Source: Tannockella kyphosi (lineage in GTDB: Bacteria; Bacillota_I; Bacilli_A; Erysipelotrichales; Coprobacillaceae). From it: a stretch of 32,000 nucleotides of DNA. Position numbers and translations under genes: made by a program. Each line of letters starts with the position of its first letter. The stretch's first letter is position 1. The DNA is taken from the NCBI RefSeq assembly GCF_021054785.1, contig NZ_CP088239.1:1710001-1742000 (forward strand), in the 5' to 3' direction. A model generated the notes under the pieces. It was not told where the DNA came from. It saw nothing but the letters and a program-made list of their open reading frames with translations, and did no database searches. This document shows, piece by piece, positions 1-7,967 of this stretch.

Positions 1-30
1 TAAAAGATATCTCTTTTACCGTCCTATTGT

Positions 31-73
31 AACACATCCTTTCTTCATTGCAACAAAAAAAGAGGTTTACACC
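31..73. repeat. Intergenic repeat, copy A (core about 43 bp; weaker similarity spans about 1-96)
   Basis: The core acatcctttcttcattgcaacaaaaaaagaggtttacacc recurs at 2681-2724 with one mismatch and one A indel. On the minus strand it reads as a short GC hairpin plus T-run, followed by TTGCAA-N16-TACAAT promoter-like hexamers. It lies directly 3' of the oxidoreductase stop codon. Confidence 0.6.
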
Positions 74-96
74 CCTTTCAGTTATAGCACTACTAT

Positions 97-1080
97 TTAT
101 TTTTTATCTTGTGGAAATACTACACCTGCTTGTTCTCTACATTCTGTGAGGACACTGTGGATTGCTAGCGAAGTTTCATGAGAACATAATGTGTTTTCTA
201 TCACTCCTTGTTCTACACAATCTATCATTGTTTTAATTTCATAATAGAACATATCTTTTTCACCCACATTTACCACTTCTTTTTCGCTAGTTTTACGATT
301 TATAATAGTGAAATCTCTCATCATACTTGGTGTATTTATGAAAATAGATCCATCTTCCCCATTTATTTCACAACTATTTGTCGTATCACTCGCTTTAGAA
401 TACATTAGTGTTGCTATAAAATCATCATATATTAAAATACTTGATCCAGATATATCTGCTTTCGTATCAAGCAAACTACATGCACTAAGAACTTTATTTG
501 GCTTTCCAAATAATCCAACACAATCAGCCATAATATAAACTCCTAAATCCATTATTGCTCCATTACTCAATTTTGCTTGGAACGTTGTTGGATTTTCATT
601 TCTTAAATATGCATCATATCTTGATGAATATTTACTGAAATTAAAAACTACTTGATGAATTCTTCCTATTGCTTTGATGCTTTCTTTTAATTTTATAAAA
701 TTAGGATTATAAAGTGGAATTAACCCTTCTTGAATGTATACGTTATTTTCTTTTGCAAGATTCATTATTGATACCACTTCATCATAATTAGATGCCATTG
801 GTTTTTCTAAGAAAACAGGTATCTTTCTTTCTAAAAAATAACAAGCTACTTCTTTATGCAATGCATTAGGAACTGCTATGTATACCGCTTCAATCACGTT
901 TGCTTCATACATATCTTGATAACTTTTAAAACAATATTCAATTTTATGTTTTTCCCCAAATTCTTTTGCCAAATCAAGTGTTAAACTTGATACTGCAACT
1001 ACTTCACATCGACTCTCTTGTTTCGCTCCATCCATAAAGAAGTCAGAAACAAAGTTAGTACCTACTATTCCAAATTTCAT
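97..1080 (-). CDS. Gfo/Idh/MocA family NAD(P)-dependent oxidoreductase
   Basis: The N-terminus MKFGIVGTNFVSDFF is a Rossmann motif, and EKPMA is the family signature. The start was moved to ATG at 1080 because GGAGG lies 7-8 nt upstream; the ORF-track start at 1095 lacks an RBS. Confidence 0.85.
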   Translation of the reverse strand: MKFGIVGTNFVSDFFMDGAKQESRCEVVAVSSLTLDLAKEFGEKHKIEYCFKSYQDMYEANVIEAVYIAVPNALHKEVACYFLERKIPVFLEKPMASNYDEVVSIMNLAKENNVYIQEGLIPLYNPNFIKLKESIKAIGRIHQVVFNFSKYSSRYDAYLRNENPTTFQAKLSNGAIMDLGVYIMADCVGLFGKPNKVLSACSLLDTKADISGSSILIYDDFIATLMYSKASDTTNSCEINGEDGSIFINTPSMMRDFTIINRKTSEKEVVNVGEKDMFYYEIKTMIDCVEQGVIENTLCSHETSLAIHSVLTECREQAGVVFPQDKK

Positions 1081-1082
1081 TA

Positions 1083-2087
1083 TTATTCCTCCCAATCAAT
1101 AATAACACCTAAGTAATTATCTTTATCATACATAAGTCCACGATAAGCATCCATTGCTTCTTCTGGTTTTATTGTATGTGTTACAAATTGATTTACATCT
1201 ATTATTTTTTCATTTAATAACTTTTCTAAATATTTAAATGTACTTTGCATTGAATGTTTTGATCCTACTTCTTCACTAAATGGATATCTTCTATTAAAGC
1301 CTCCTACTACATTTAACATTTTCATATGAATAGCGTTTAACATTGGTGTTACATTACAATGATAATCTTCTCTAGGAGATCCTAATAATACAACATTTCC
1401 ATATCTTGCGGCAGCTTGGAAACATACTTCAATGCATCTAGACATCCCAGAAGCATCTACTACTACATCAAATCCATGTCCCTCTGTTTTATCTAGAATC
1501 ATTTCCATTTGTTGTTCTGGTGCTACATCTATTATATTTTCAATACCTAACTTCTCTGCTTTTTGACATCTATTCTTTGCAACATCAATTGCATATACTT
1601 CACAACCCATTTGTTTATATAATAATGTAAGAATTAAACCTAGATTACCTAATCCAAAAATACCTACTTTATCTGTTATTTTTACATCAATTGGTAAAAT
1701 ACCATTCATTGCTATCCATATCATCATTAAGAAACAACCTTCTTCATCCGTAGTCTTTTCATTTAGTTTATATAAAACACCACCATCACTTCTTAACTGA
1801 TTAAAATGATGCATCGATGCATGAGGAGCACTATATAAATATCGAGCCTGAAGTTCAACATCTTTCACATCTTTACCTAACTCTAAAACAGTACCTACAG
1901 AACAATATCCTGGACTAACAGGATAAGTAGCTCCTTTTTTTAAAGCATATACTCTTGATAATTCAGTACCTGGACTTATTAATGATTTATGACATTTCAT
2001 TAAACATTCATCACTTCGTAATTCTTGTTTTAATTCACTAGTAATAACCTTTACATCTTCTTTTCCATCAATCCTTATACTTTTCAT
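1083..2087 (-). CDS. Medium-chain (zinc-type) alcohol/polyol dehydrogenase-like protein
   Basis: GIFGLGNLGLI is a Rossmann glycine motif in mid-protein, and the N-terminal region is GroES-like. It ends 2 nt before the next gene's start, consistent with an operon. No clear catalytic Zn ligands were seen by eye. Confidence 0.7.
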   Translation of the reverse strand: MKSIRIDGKEDVKVITSELKQELRSDECLMKCHKSLISPGTELSRVYALKKGATYPVSPGYCSVGTVLELGKDVKDVELQARYLYSAPHASMHHFNQLRSDGGVLYKLNEKTTDEEGCFLMMIWIAMNGILPIDVKITDKVGIFGLGNLGLILTLLYKQMGCEVYAIDVAKNRCQKAEKLGIENIIDVAPEQQMEMILDKTEGHGFDVVVDASGMSRCIEVCFQAAARYGNVVLLGSPREDYHCNVTPMLNAIHMKMLNVVGGFNRRYPFSEEVGSKHSMQSTFKYLEKLLNEKIIDVNQFVTHTIKPEEAMDAYRGLMYDKDNYLGVIIDWEE

Positions 2088-2114
2088 AAATATCCCTTTC
2101 TAAGGCTTTTCATC

Positions 2115-2133
2115 GATCACAATTTTTGTGATC
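2115..2133. promoter_or_regulatory. Perfect 8+8 palindrome GATCACAA-TTT-TTGTGATC, candidate operator
   Basis: The palindrome was read directly. It sits 28 bp upstream of the dehydrogenase operon start codon (2087), between a TATAGT-like -10 and the RBS. Confidence 0.35.
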
Positions 2134-2189
2134 TAATTACTATATCTCTGTTCCCTCTAACTTATTCAAGATTGTTAGTAAATAAGCAA

Positions 2190-2225
2190 AAAGAAATGAT
2201 TGTACATCCTTATTATCATTTCTTT
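2190..2225 (-). terminator. Rho-independent terminator after the HAD remnant
   Basis: The 11-bp perfect stem AAAGAAATGAT/ATCATTTCTTT has a 14-nt loop and is followed on the minus strand by TTTTGCTTATTT. Confidence 0.5.
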
Positions 2226-2279
2226 ACATATCCTTACTACCCTTTTTATTAATGTTTCTATCTCTAAACTAAAGTCACT

Positions 2280-2575
2280 TTAAACAATGTTATACTTCTT
2301 TAAAAAACAAGCAATTCCATCTTCATTATTTGTTTTTATTACTTCATATGCTGCTTTTTTAACATTATCCATTGCATTACCCATCGCTATCGGGTATTTA
2401 ACAGCATCAAACATTGTTAAATCATTTTCTCCATCACCAAAAACTAGAATTTGATCGAGAGGAATATTCAATCTATTCGCAAGTTTTTTAATAGCGTTTC
2501 CTTTATTTATACCATAAGGGGCACATTCAATCCTGTATTATCCCTACACACATATGTTTTAAAATCGTATTTCAT
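2280..2575 (-). pseudogene. Cof-type HAD phosphatase remnant (internal deletion/frameshift)
   Basis: The in-frame C-terminal piece reads YRIECAPYGINKGNAIKKLANRLNIPLDQILVFGDGENDLTMF...AMGNA, which contains HAD motifs III/IV. There is no DxDGT motif I. The ATG at 2575 has an RBS but reads MKYDFKTYVCRDNTGLNVPLMV* in another frame. Confidence 0.7.
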
Positions 2576-2680
2576 ATTCCCTCCCAGTTATTGTAATAAG
2601 ATAAACAAATGATATCACTTTTAATTTTAGAAGTAAAGATGGTAGTTTCCAAGCCAAAGATCTTCACCTTATATTCTTTC

Positions 2681-2724
2681 AACATATCCTTTCTTCATTG
2701 CAACAAAAAAAAGAGGTTTACACC
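2681..2724. repeat. Intergenic repeat, copy B (weaker similarity spans about 2653-2742)
   Basis: It has the same core as 31-73. It contains the pre-insertion stop codon (2718-2720) and the terminator hairpin GAGGTGTAAACCTC plus T8 (minus strand) of the GntR gene. Confidence 0.6.
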
Positions 2725-2744
2725 TCTCCTAGTTGTACAACAGA

Positions 2745-2752
2745 AGTATACT
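2745..2752. repeat. Target-site duplication, left copy (AGTATACT)
   Basis: An identical 8-mer lies at 4298-4305, immediately outside the GGCTCT... termini. The 8-mer is itself palindromic. Confidence 0.7.
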
Positions 2753-4297
2753 GGCTCTATACTATAACTGGGGGACAAAATATTGTTCTTCAGTTTTTTT
2801 GACAAAATAATAGACATAGATTCTAACTCGTTTTACAATTTAAGTGCTCAAACAAAAACGAAAGGAGTTATAACTATGTCTGCTACTAATTATATCAATG
2901 ATATCCTAAAATCTCTAGAACTTTATGATAATAATGGAGGGTTTATTCCTTTCCCTTATGAAAAGGGAAACTCTTGTTTCCGTTATGAAAAGAAAAAAGG
3001 TGGTACTACCATCAAGTATGTTAATCTTGTCTCTACAAATTCTGCTGCCTATTGTCCTAAATGTGGTTGTGTACATAACATTAAATCAAAAGGGCTTCGT
3101 AAGATCTATTTACATCATGCTACCAACGGACATACAAAAACTATCCTAGAAATAAGTTACCGTAGATACCAGTGTCATAACTGTCACCACTCTTTTAAAG
3201 ATACAATTCCTTTTCGCTTCTTTGAAACAAAGATGACTTATACTTTAGCACAAAGCACGATTCGTTCTTTACAAGAGAACACTGCTTTAGCTGTAGTAGC
3301 TAGAACCTATGGTATTTCTAAGAGTACGATGTATCGTATCTTTTATGATCATATTTATCTATATCACCGATGTTTCCAATTATCTTCTGTTATTTCTATT
3401 GATGAGTTCCGTGGTACGAGTGATGAAGGAATCTATGCTTTCAATATAGTAAATCCTATTACTGGAAAAGTACTAGATATTCTTGGTGATAGAAAAGCAG
3501 AGACTTTAAAGAAGTATTTTGGAGGTTTTACACATGAAGAACGAGCGAAAGTGAAGATAATCATTATGGATTTATCAGGTCCCTTTAAAGCAATAATGAC
3601 ATCTTTATTTCCAAAAGCTGTCATTATCGCTGATAAGTTTCATTATGTTCGTCTCGTAGGTGATAACTTAACACAAGCTAGAATCCAATTCTGTAAGAAG
3701 ATTCATAAAGATCATGAGACATTATCGAAACTAATAAAAAGAAATCTTCATTTGTTTGATCGTTATTATAAAGAATTAGGAAATAAAAAGGAAAACTATA
3801 TTCCTTATTTTAAGAAACATCTAACAAATAAACAATTAGTAGAAGCTATCTTAGAATTAGATATATGTGAAGAGTTTAAAGAAAACTATGATATCTACCA
3901 GAACTTCTTAAAGATTCTACATGAACCTTCTAAAGATTATAAAAAAGCACTTAATGTTTGGTTAGATTATATCTTTGAAACAAAGAATACATACTATGAG
4001 ATTACTGCCAAGAATTTCCGTAAGAATTGGTTTTTACCAATCCTACGTTCCCTTACTTATAAAGCTACTTATCATAGAAATGGAGAATCCTATACAACGT
4101 CATTTAATAATGGTTGCATTGAAAGTCTTAATAATAAATTTAAATTAGTAAAACGTAATGCATATGGCTATCGTTATTTTCAAAACTTAAGAAAACGTAT
4201 CTTTCTACATCTTGGATATTCCTTCCAATTTATAGAAAAAGAAAAGAGACAGGTGATTACTTAATAATCACTTGTCCCCCAGTCTTGACACAGAGCC
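2753..4297 (+). mobile_element. ISL3-family insertion sequence (1545 bp), apparently intact
   Basis: IRL (2753-2778) is GGCTCTATACTATAACTGGGGGACAA. The reverse complement of IRR (4272-4297) is GGCTCTGTGTCAAGACTGGGGGACAA, giving 20/26 matches. It has GGCTCT termini and an 8-bp duplication typical of ISL3, and a single full-length transposase ORF. Confidence 0.85.
2876..4264 (+). CDS. ISL3-family transposase
   Basis: The N-terminus has a zinc-ribbon (CPKCGC...CHNCHH), followed by an HTH (ARTYGISKSTMYRIF) and a DDE region (ISIDEFRG..., IIMDLSGPF). The start was moved to ATG 2876 because AAAGGAG lies 8 nt upstream; the track start at 2783 is a TTG with no RBS. Confidence 0.9.
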   Translation: MSATNYINDILKSLELYDNNGGFIPFPYEKGNSCFRYEKKKGGTTIKYVNLVSTNSAAYCPKCGCVHNIKSKGLRKIYLHHATNGHTKTILEISYRRYQCHNCHHSFKDTIPFRFFETKMTYTLAQSTIRSLQENTALAVVARTYGISKSTMYRIFYDHIYLYHRCFQLSSVISIDEFRGTSDEGIYAFNIVNPITGKVLDILGDRKAETLKKYFGGFTHEERAKVKIIIMDLSGPFKAIMTSLFPKAVIIADKFHYVRLVGDNLTQARIQFCKKIHKDHETLSKLIKRNLHLFDRYYKELGNKKENYIPYFKKHLTNKQLVEAILELDICEEFKENYDIYQNFLKILHEPSKDYKKALNVWLDYIFETKNTYYEITAKNFRKNWFLPILRSLTYKATYHRNGESYTTSFNNGCIESLNNKFKLVKRNAYGYRYFQNLRKRIFLHLGYSFQFIEKEKRQVIT

Positions 4298-4987
4298 AGT
4301 ATACTTGAACATATTTCCATCTAACGTATCGATACCTAAAAAGAATGGTGTCCCATTTACATGTTCCACATGCGTAACATGCAATGTTACTGCACTACTA
4401 GGAATATGTAAAATTCTAGACTCAAACTTAGAAGCACTTTTTGCTTCAATAACTTCTAAACGATGATTGTCCCCTTTTTCTACAAGATACTTTGCAAACA
4501 AATCTTTTACAAACATTTTTGTATCTTTCGATTTCATACCTGGGAAAAACTTCTTTGGAAAATATAAATCTTCTAACGATAAAATAGTTGTTCCTGCACG
4601 ACGGATACGACGCAGTCGATAAACTTCTTCATCCATTGGGAAATTTAAATATACCTCACAAACATGACTTGCTTTCATTTTTTCAAAAGAAATTACTTCA
4701 TAATGAATTTTTCCATATTTCTCAACAATTGTATCATTATCTTTTACAATAACTTTATTAACTGCAATTTCATTTTTATGTCTAGAAACTACTACGCTAG
4801 ACCCTTTTTTACGATGAGCATAACCTTCTTGGATTATTTCATCAAAAGCACGTCTTACTGTCATACGAGAGACACCAAAGTGTTCTGTTAATTCTCTTTC
4901 TGTTGGTAAACTTTGTCCTTCTTGGAATGCACCTGATTCAATTTTTGATACTAAATACTTTTTTATCTCTGGGTATTTCGAAGCCAT
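4268..4987 (-). CDS. GntR/HutC-family transcriptional regulator with an IS-altered C-terminus
   Basis: The N-terminal winged HTH reads LPTERELTEHFGVSRMTVRRAFDEI, followed by a UTRA-like C-terminal domain. The last 9 residues (GSVSRLGDK) and the stop codon are encoded by the IS right end. Confidence 0.85.
   Translation of the reverse strand: MASKYPEIKKYLVSKIESGAFQEGQSLPTERELTEHFGVSRMTVRRAFDEIIQEGYAHRKKGSSVVVSRHKNEIAVNKVIVKDNDTIVEKYGKIHYEVISFEKMKASHVCEVYLNFPMDEEVYRLRRIRRAGTTILSLEDLYFPKKFFPGMKSKDTKMFVKDLFAKYLVEKGDNHRLEVIEAKSASKFESRILHIPSSAVTLHVTHVEHVNGTPFFLGIDTLDGNMFKYTGSVSRLGDK
4298..4305. repeat. Target-site duplication, right copy (AGTATACT)
   Basis: It is identical to 2745-2752. Confidence 0.7.
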
Positions 4988-5012
4988 AATATTCCCTCCT
5001 AATATATTACTT

Positions 5013-5034
5013 GATGGTTTATTATAATACCATC
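5013..5034. promoter_or_regulatory. GATGGT-N10-ACCATC palindrome overlapping the GntR promoter, candidate autoregulatory operator
   Basis: The arms are perfect 6-bp repeats. The AT-rich spacer contains TATAAT on the minus strand. HutC-family operators typically have GGT...ACC arms. Confidence 0.4.
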
Positions 5035-5064
5035 TTTTTTCAATTTGTAAACAATTTAGACACC

Positions 5065-5090
5065 AAAAAAGTAGGAATTTTTCATCCTAC
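5065..5090 (-). terminator. Rho-independent terminator of nrdDG
   Basis: The minus strand reads GTAGGA-TGAAAAAT-TCCTAC followed by TTTTTTGG. The hairpin overlaps the nrdG stop codon (TAG). Confidence 0.6.
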
Positions 5091-5611
5091 CTTAATTGAC
5101 CAAATGAATCAATTTCATGAACAATACATTTATTATCTTCTAAACTCTTTTTTATATCAATAATTCGCTGATTTTTAGATCCTCGATAATATAATGATAA
5201 GCTACGTTGTTCTTTTTCAAACCTTCCATCAACTACACTATCACATGAGAAAAACAATTCTTTTTGTTCCGGTAACAAAGAATCCACTTGTTCATAAACA
5301 TATCCTGTATACATCATAACCGGTAACTTCAAATTACGTGCTGCTTTAATAATTTCTAAACAAGCCAATGCTTGTAGCATTGGCTCTCCACCACTTAAAG
5401 TAATTCCATCTAATAGCGGATTTTCTTTTATCTCTTGAATCAATTGTTCAATTTGATAAATCTCTCCACCATCAATAGCATGACTTTCTGGATTATGACA
5501 ACCTTCACAATGATGATAACAACCTTGACAAAATATAGCATAACGAATACCTGGTCCATCTACAATAGACTCTGCTACCTTCCCAAACAAACGAATGGAA
5601 TTACATGTCAT
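5087..5611 (-). CDS. nrdG: Anaerobic ribonucleoside-triphosphate reductase activating protein (radical SAM)
   Basis: Recognised from VDGPGIRYAIFCQGCYHHCEGCHNP and GITLSGGEP. The start is uncertain. ATG 5611 (MTCNSIRLFG...) gives a typical N-terminal length and overlaps nrdD by 11 nt. The longest ORF starts at 5650. Confidence 0.88.
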   Translation of the reverse strand: MTCNSIRLFGKVAESIVDGPGIRYAIFCQGCYHHCEGCHNPESHAIDGGEIYQIEQLIQEIKENPLLDGITLSGGEPMLQALACLEIIKAARNLKLPVMMYTGYVYEQVDSLLPEQKELFFSCDSVVDGRFEKEQRSLSLYYRGSKNQRIIDIKKSLEDNKCIVHEIDSFGQLR

Positions 5612-7895
5612 GTTTGACACGATCTTTTTCTTCTGCTCGTTTGCCATCATTAAAACGATCCACTGTTCCTACCAAGTATCCTGTAATACGACGAATTCTT
5701 TCAAACCCTTGATGTTCTTCTTCTTTTCTACCACAACATGGACAAACATCATCAATGATTCCATTATAACCACAAACTGGATCACGATCAATTGGGTGAT
5801 TAATTGCACCATATCCAATATTAGCGTCATGCATTGCACGAACTACTTTTTCAAAGGCAACTAAGTTCTTTGATGGATCTCCATCCATTTCAACATAACT
5901 AATATGCCCTGCATTGGTTAGTTCATGATAAGGTCCTTCTATATTGATTTTCTTATGAGCACTGATTGGGTAATATACTGGGACATGGAAACTATTTGTA
6001 TAGTATTCTCTATCTGTAACACCTGCTATTTCACCATATATCTCTTTATCCATTTTAATAAATCTACCAGATAATCCTTCTGCCGGAGTAGCAATTAACC
6101 CATAATTTAAACCTGTTTTTTGAGCTTCTATATCTAATAAACGTCGCATATGTGAAATGATTTGTAACCCTAAACGTTGCGCTTTTTCACTTTCACCTTG
6201 ATGTTCCCCAATTAATGCTTTTAATGTTTCTGCCAACCCTATAAATCCTACAGATAAAGAACCATGCTTAATTACTTCCCCTACTGTATCATCAGCTTCT
6301 AATTTTTCACTATCTAACCAAACTCCTTGTCCCATTAAGAAAGGATAGTTTTTCGCTTTTCTAGCTGCTTGAATTAAATATCTTTCATGCAGTTGATCCA
6401 CACATAAAGCTAACATCTCATCTAACTTTTCATAAAACAAAGAAACATCTCCTTTTGCTTGTAATGCTAGACGAGGTAAATTAATAGACGTGAAACTTAA
6501 ATTTCCTCTACCACTAGTTACTTCTCTTTGTTTATCATGAACATTTGAAATAACTCTTGTACGACATCCCATATAAGCAATTTCTGTCTCTGGAGTTCCT
6601 TTATAATATTGTTTATTAAATGGTGCATCTACAAAAGAGAAATTAGGGAATAAACGTTTAGCAGAAGTACGACACGCTAATTGGAATAAATCATAATTAG
6701 GTTCTCCTTCATTATAATTAATACCTTCTTTTACTCTAAATATTTGAATTGGGAAAATAGGAGTTTCTCCTTTTCCTAATCCATGTTCTGTCGCTAATAA
6801 AATATTACGTACTGCCATTCTACCTTCACTAGAAGTATCCATTCCATAATTAATAGAACTAAAAGGTACTTGTGCTCCCGCACGAGAATGCATTGTATTT
6901 AAATTATGAATAAATGCTTCCATTGCTTGTGCAGTTTCACGATCCGTATTAGCATAAGCTTCTTTATCACAATAAGCTAAAATACGATCAATATCTTCTA
7001 CTCCTTCTTGTTTTAATACATTTTTTAATTCTTCAAAAAATACATCATTACCATCTAATGTTGGTTTATGTTGTAATTCTTTTTTGTATTTCTTTGACAA
7101 AGCTTTTCCATCTTTATCACTTAATAAATTCAATGCTTGCCCTAATGCTGCATAATACCAAGTAATATATGATTTTTTAACGCCTTCTGCCATTCCATAA
7201 TCAAAATTGTAAATAGCTTGTCCTCCATGTTGATCATTTTGATTCGATTGAATCGCAATACAAGCTAACGCTGACATAACAGTAATCGAATTAGGTTCAC
7301 GTAAAACCCCATGACCTGTTGAAAAACCATCTTTACATAATTTAATAATATCTATTTGACAACATGTTGTTGTTAATGTTAAGAAATCCATATCATGAAT
7401 ATGTATATCTCCATCTTGATGAGCCTTTGCATGTTCCGCTTTTAAAACAAACATTAAATTAAATTGTTTCGCAGATTCTGTACCATATTTTAACATAGTA
7501 CCCATCGGAGCATCTCCATTTACATTCGCATTTTCTCTTTTTAAATCACTATCTTTTGCATCTGTAAAAGTAATCTCATGCATCGTTGTCATTAAACGTG
7601 ATTTCATATCACGTTCTCTGGTACGTCCATGACGATATACAATATAAGCTTTCCCTACTTTTGAATAACCTTTTTCCATTAATACTTCTTCTACTGTATC
7701 TTGGATTAGTTCTACGGTAGGTAATTCACTTTTCTTTTCTAATAAACGTGTTTCCACTAATTTAGCTAGTTCTTCTATTATTTCTAGCTCCATTTTCACA
7801 TTACAAGCTTCAAAAGCTTTATTAATTGCAATTTCAATCTTTTTAGGATGAAATTCTTCCAAACGACCATCTCTTTTACGAATATTCTCTATCAT
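5601..7895 (-). CDS. nrdD: Anaerobic ribonucleoside-triphosphate reductase, class III
   Basis: The N-terminus has an ATP-cone (IRKRDGRLEEFHPKKI). The C-terminus has a Zn ribbon (CGYNGIIDDVCPCCG) and the glycyl-radical motif RIRRITGYLVG. The start was moved to ATG 7895, which has GGAGG 9 nt upstream. Confidence 0.95.
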   Translation of the reverse strand: MIENIRKRDGRLEEFHPKKIEIAINKAFEACNVKMELEIIEELAKLVETRLLEKKSELPTVELIQDTVEEVLMEKGYSKVGKAYIVYRHGRTRERDMKSRLMTTMHEITFTDAKDSDLKRENANVNGDAPMGTMLKYGTESAKQFNLMFVLKAEHAKAHQDGDIHIHDMDFLTLTTTCCQIDIIKLCKDGFSTGHGVLREPNSITVMSALACIAIQSNQNDQHGGQAIYNFDYGMAEGVKKSYITWYYAALGQALNLLSDKDGKALSKKYKKELQHKPTLDGNDVFFEELKNVLKQEGVEDIDRILAYCDKEAYANTDRETAQAMEAFIHNLNTMHSRAGAQVPFSSINYGMDTSSEGRMAVRNILLATEHGLGKGETPIFPIQIFRVKEGINYNEGEPNYDLFQLACRTSAKRLFPNFSFVDAPFNKQYYKGTPETEIAYMGCRTRVISNVHDKQREVTSGRGNLSFTSINLPRLALQAKGDVSLFYEKLDEMLALCVDQLHERYLIQAARKAKNYPFLMGQGVWLDSEKLEADDTVGEVIKHGSLSVGFIGLAETLKALIGEHQGESEKAQRLGLQIISHMRRLLDIEAQKTGLNYGLIATPAEGLSGRFIKMDKEIYGEIAGVTDREYYTNSFHVPVYYPISAHKKINIEGPYHELTNAGHISYVEMDGDPSKNLVAFEKVVRAMHDANIGYGAINHPIDRDPVCGYNGIIDDVCPCCGRKEEEHQGFERIRRITGYLVGTVDRFNDGKRAEEKDRVKHDM

Positions 7896-7939
7896 GTTAT
7901 AAATCCTCCCCTGGTAAGTATTATTATATCTTTTTTTAA

Positions 7940-7953
7940 GCATGAAATCATGC
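7940..7953. promoter_or_regulatory. Palindrome GCATGA-AA-TCATGC upstream of nrdD
   Basis: It is a perfect 6+6 inverted repeat about 45 bp upstream of the nrdD start. It does not match the NrdR-box consensus as I recall it. Confidence 0.2.
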
Positions 7954-7967
7954 AATATTAATGATTA

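Noticed and set aside
2744-4306. An alternative reading of the IS ends as 35-bp inverted repeats (AAGTATACTGGCTCT...) with no target duplication, which would imply an IS-mediated deletion
   Set aside because: The apparent extension arises only because the 8-bp flank AGTATACT is palindromic. ISL3 elements characteristically end in GGCTCT and make 8-bp duplications. Removing the element restores a continuous GntR reading frame with a stop codon and terminator. I therefore prefer the simple-insertion interpretation.
7896-7967. An NrdR box upstream of nrdD
   Set aside because: I expected one from knowledge of nrd regulation, but I found no convincing match to the 16-bp NrdR palindrome as I remember it. 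Only the unrelated GCATGA-AA-TCATGC dyad is present.
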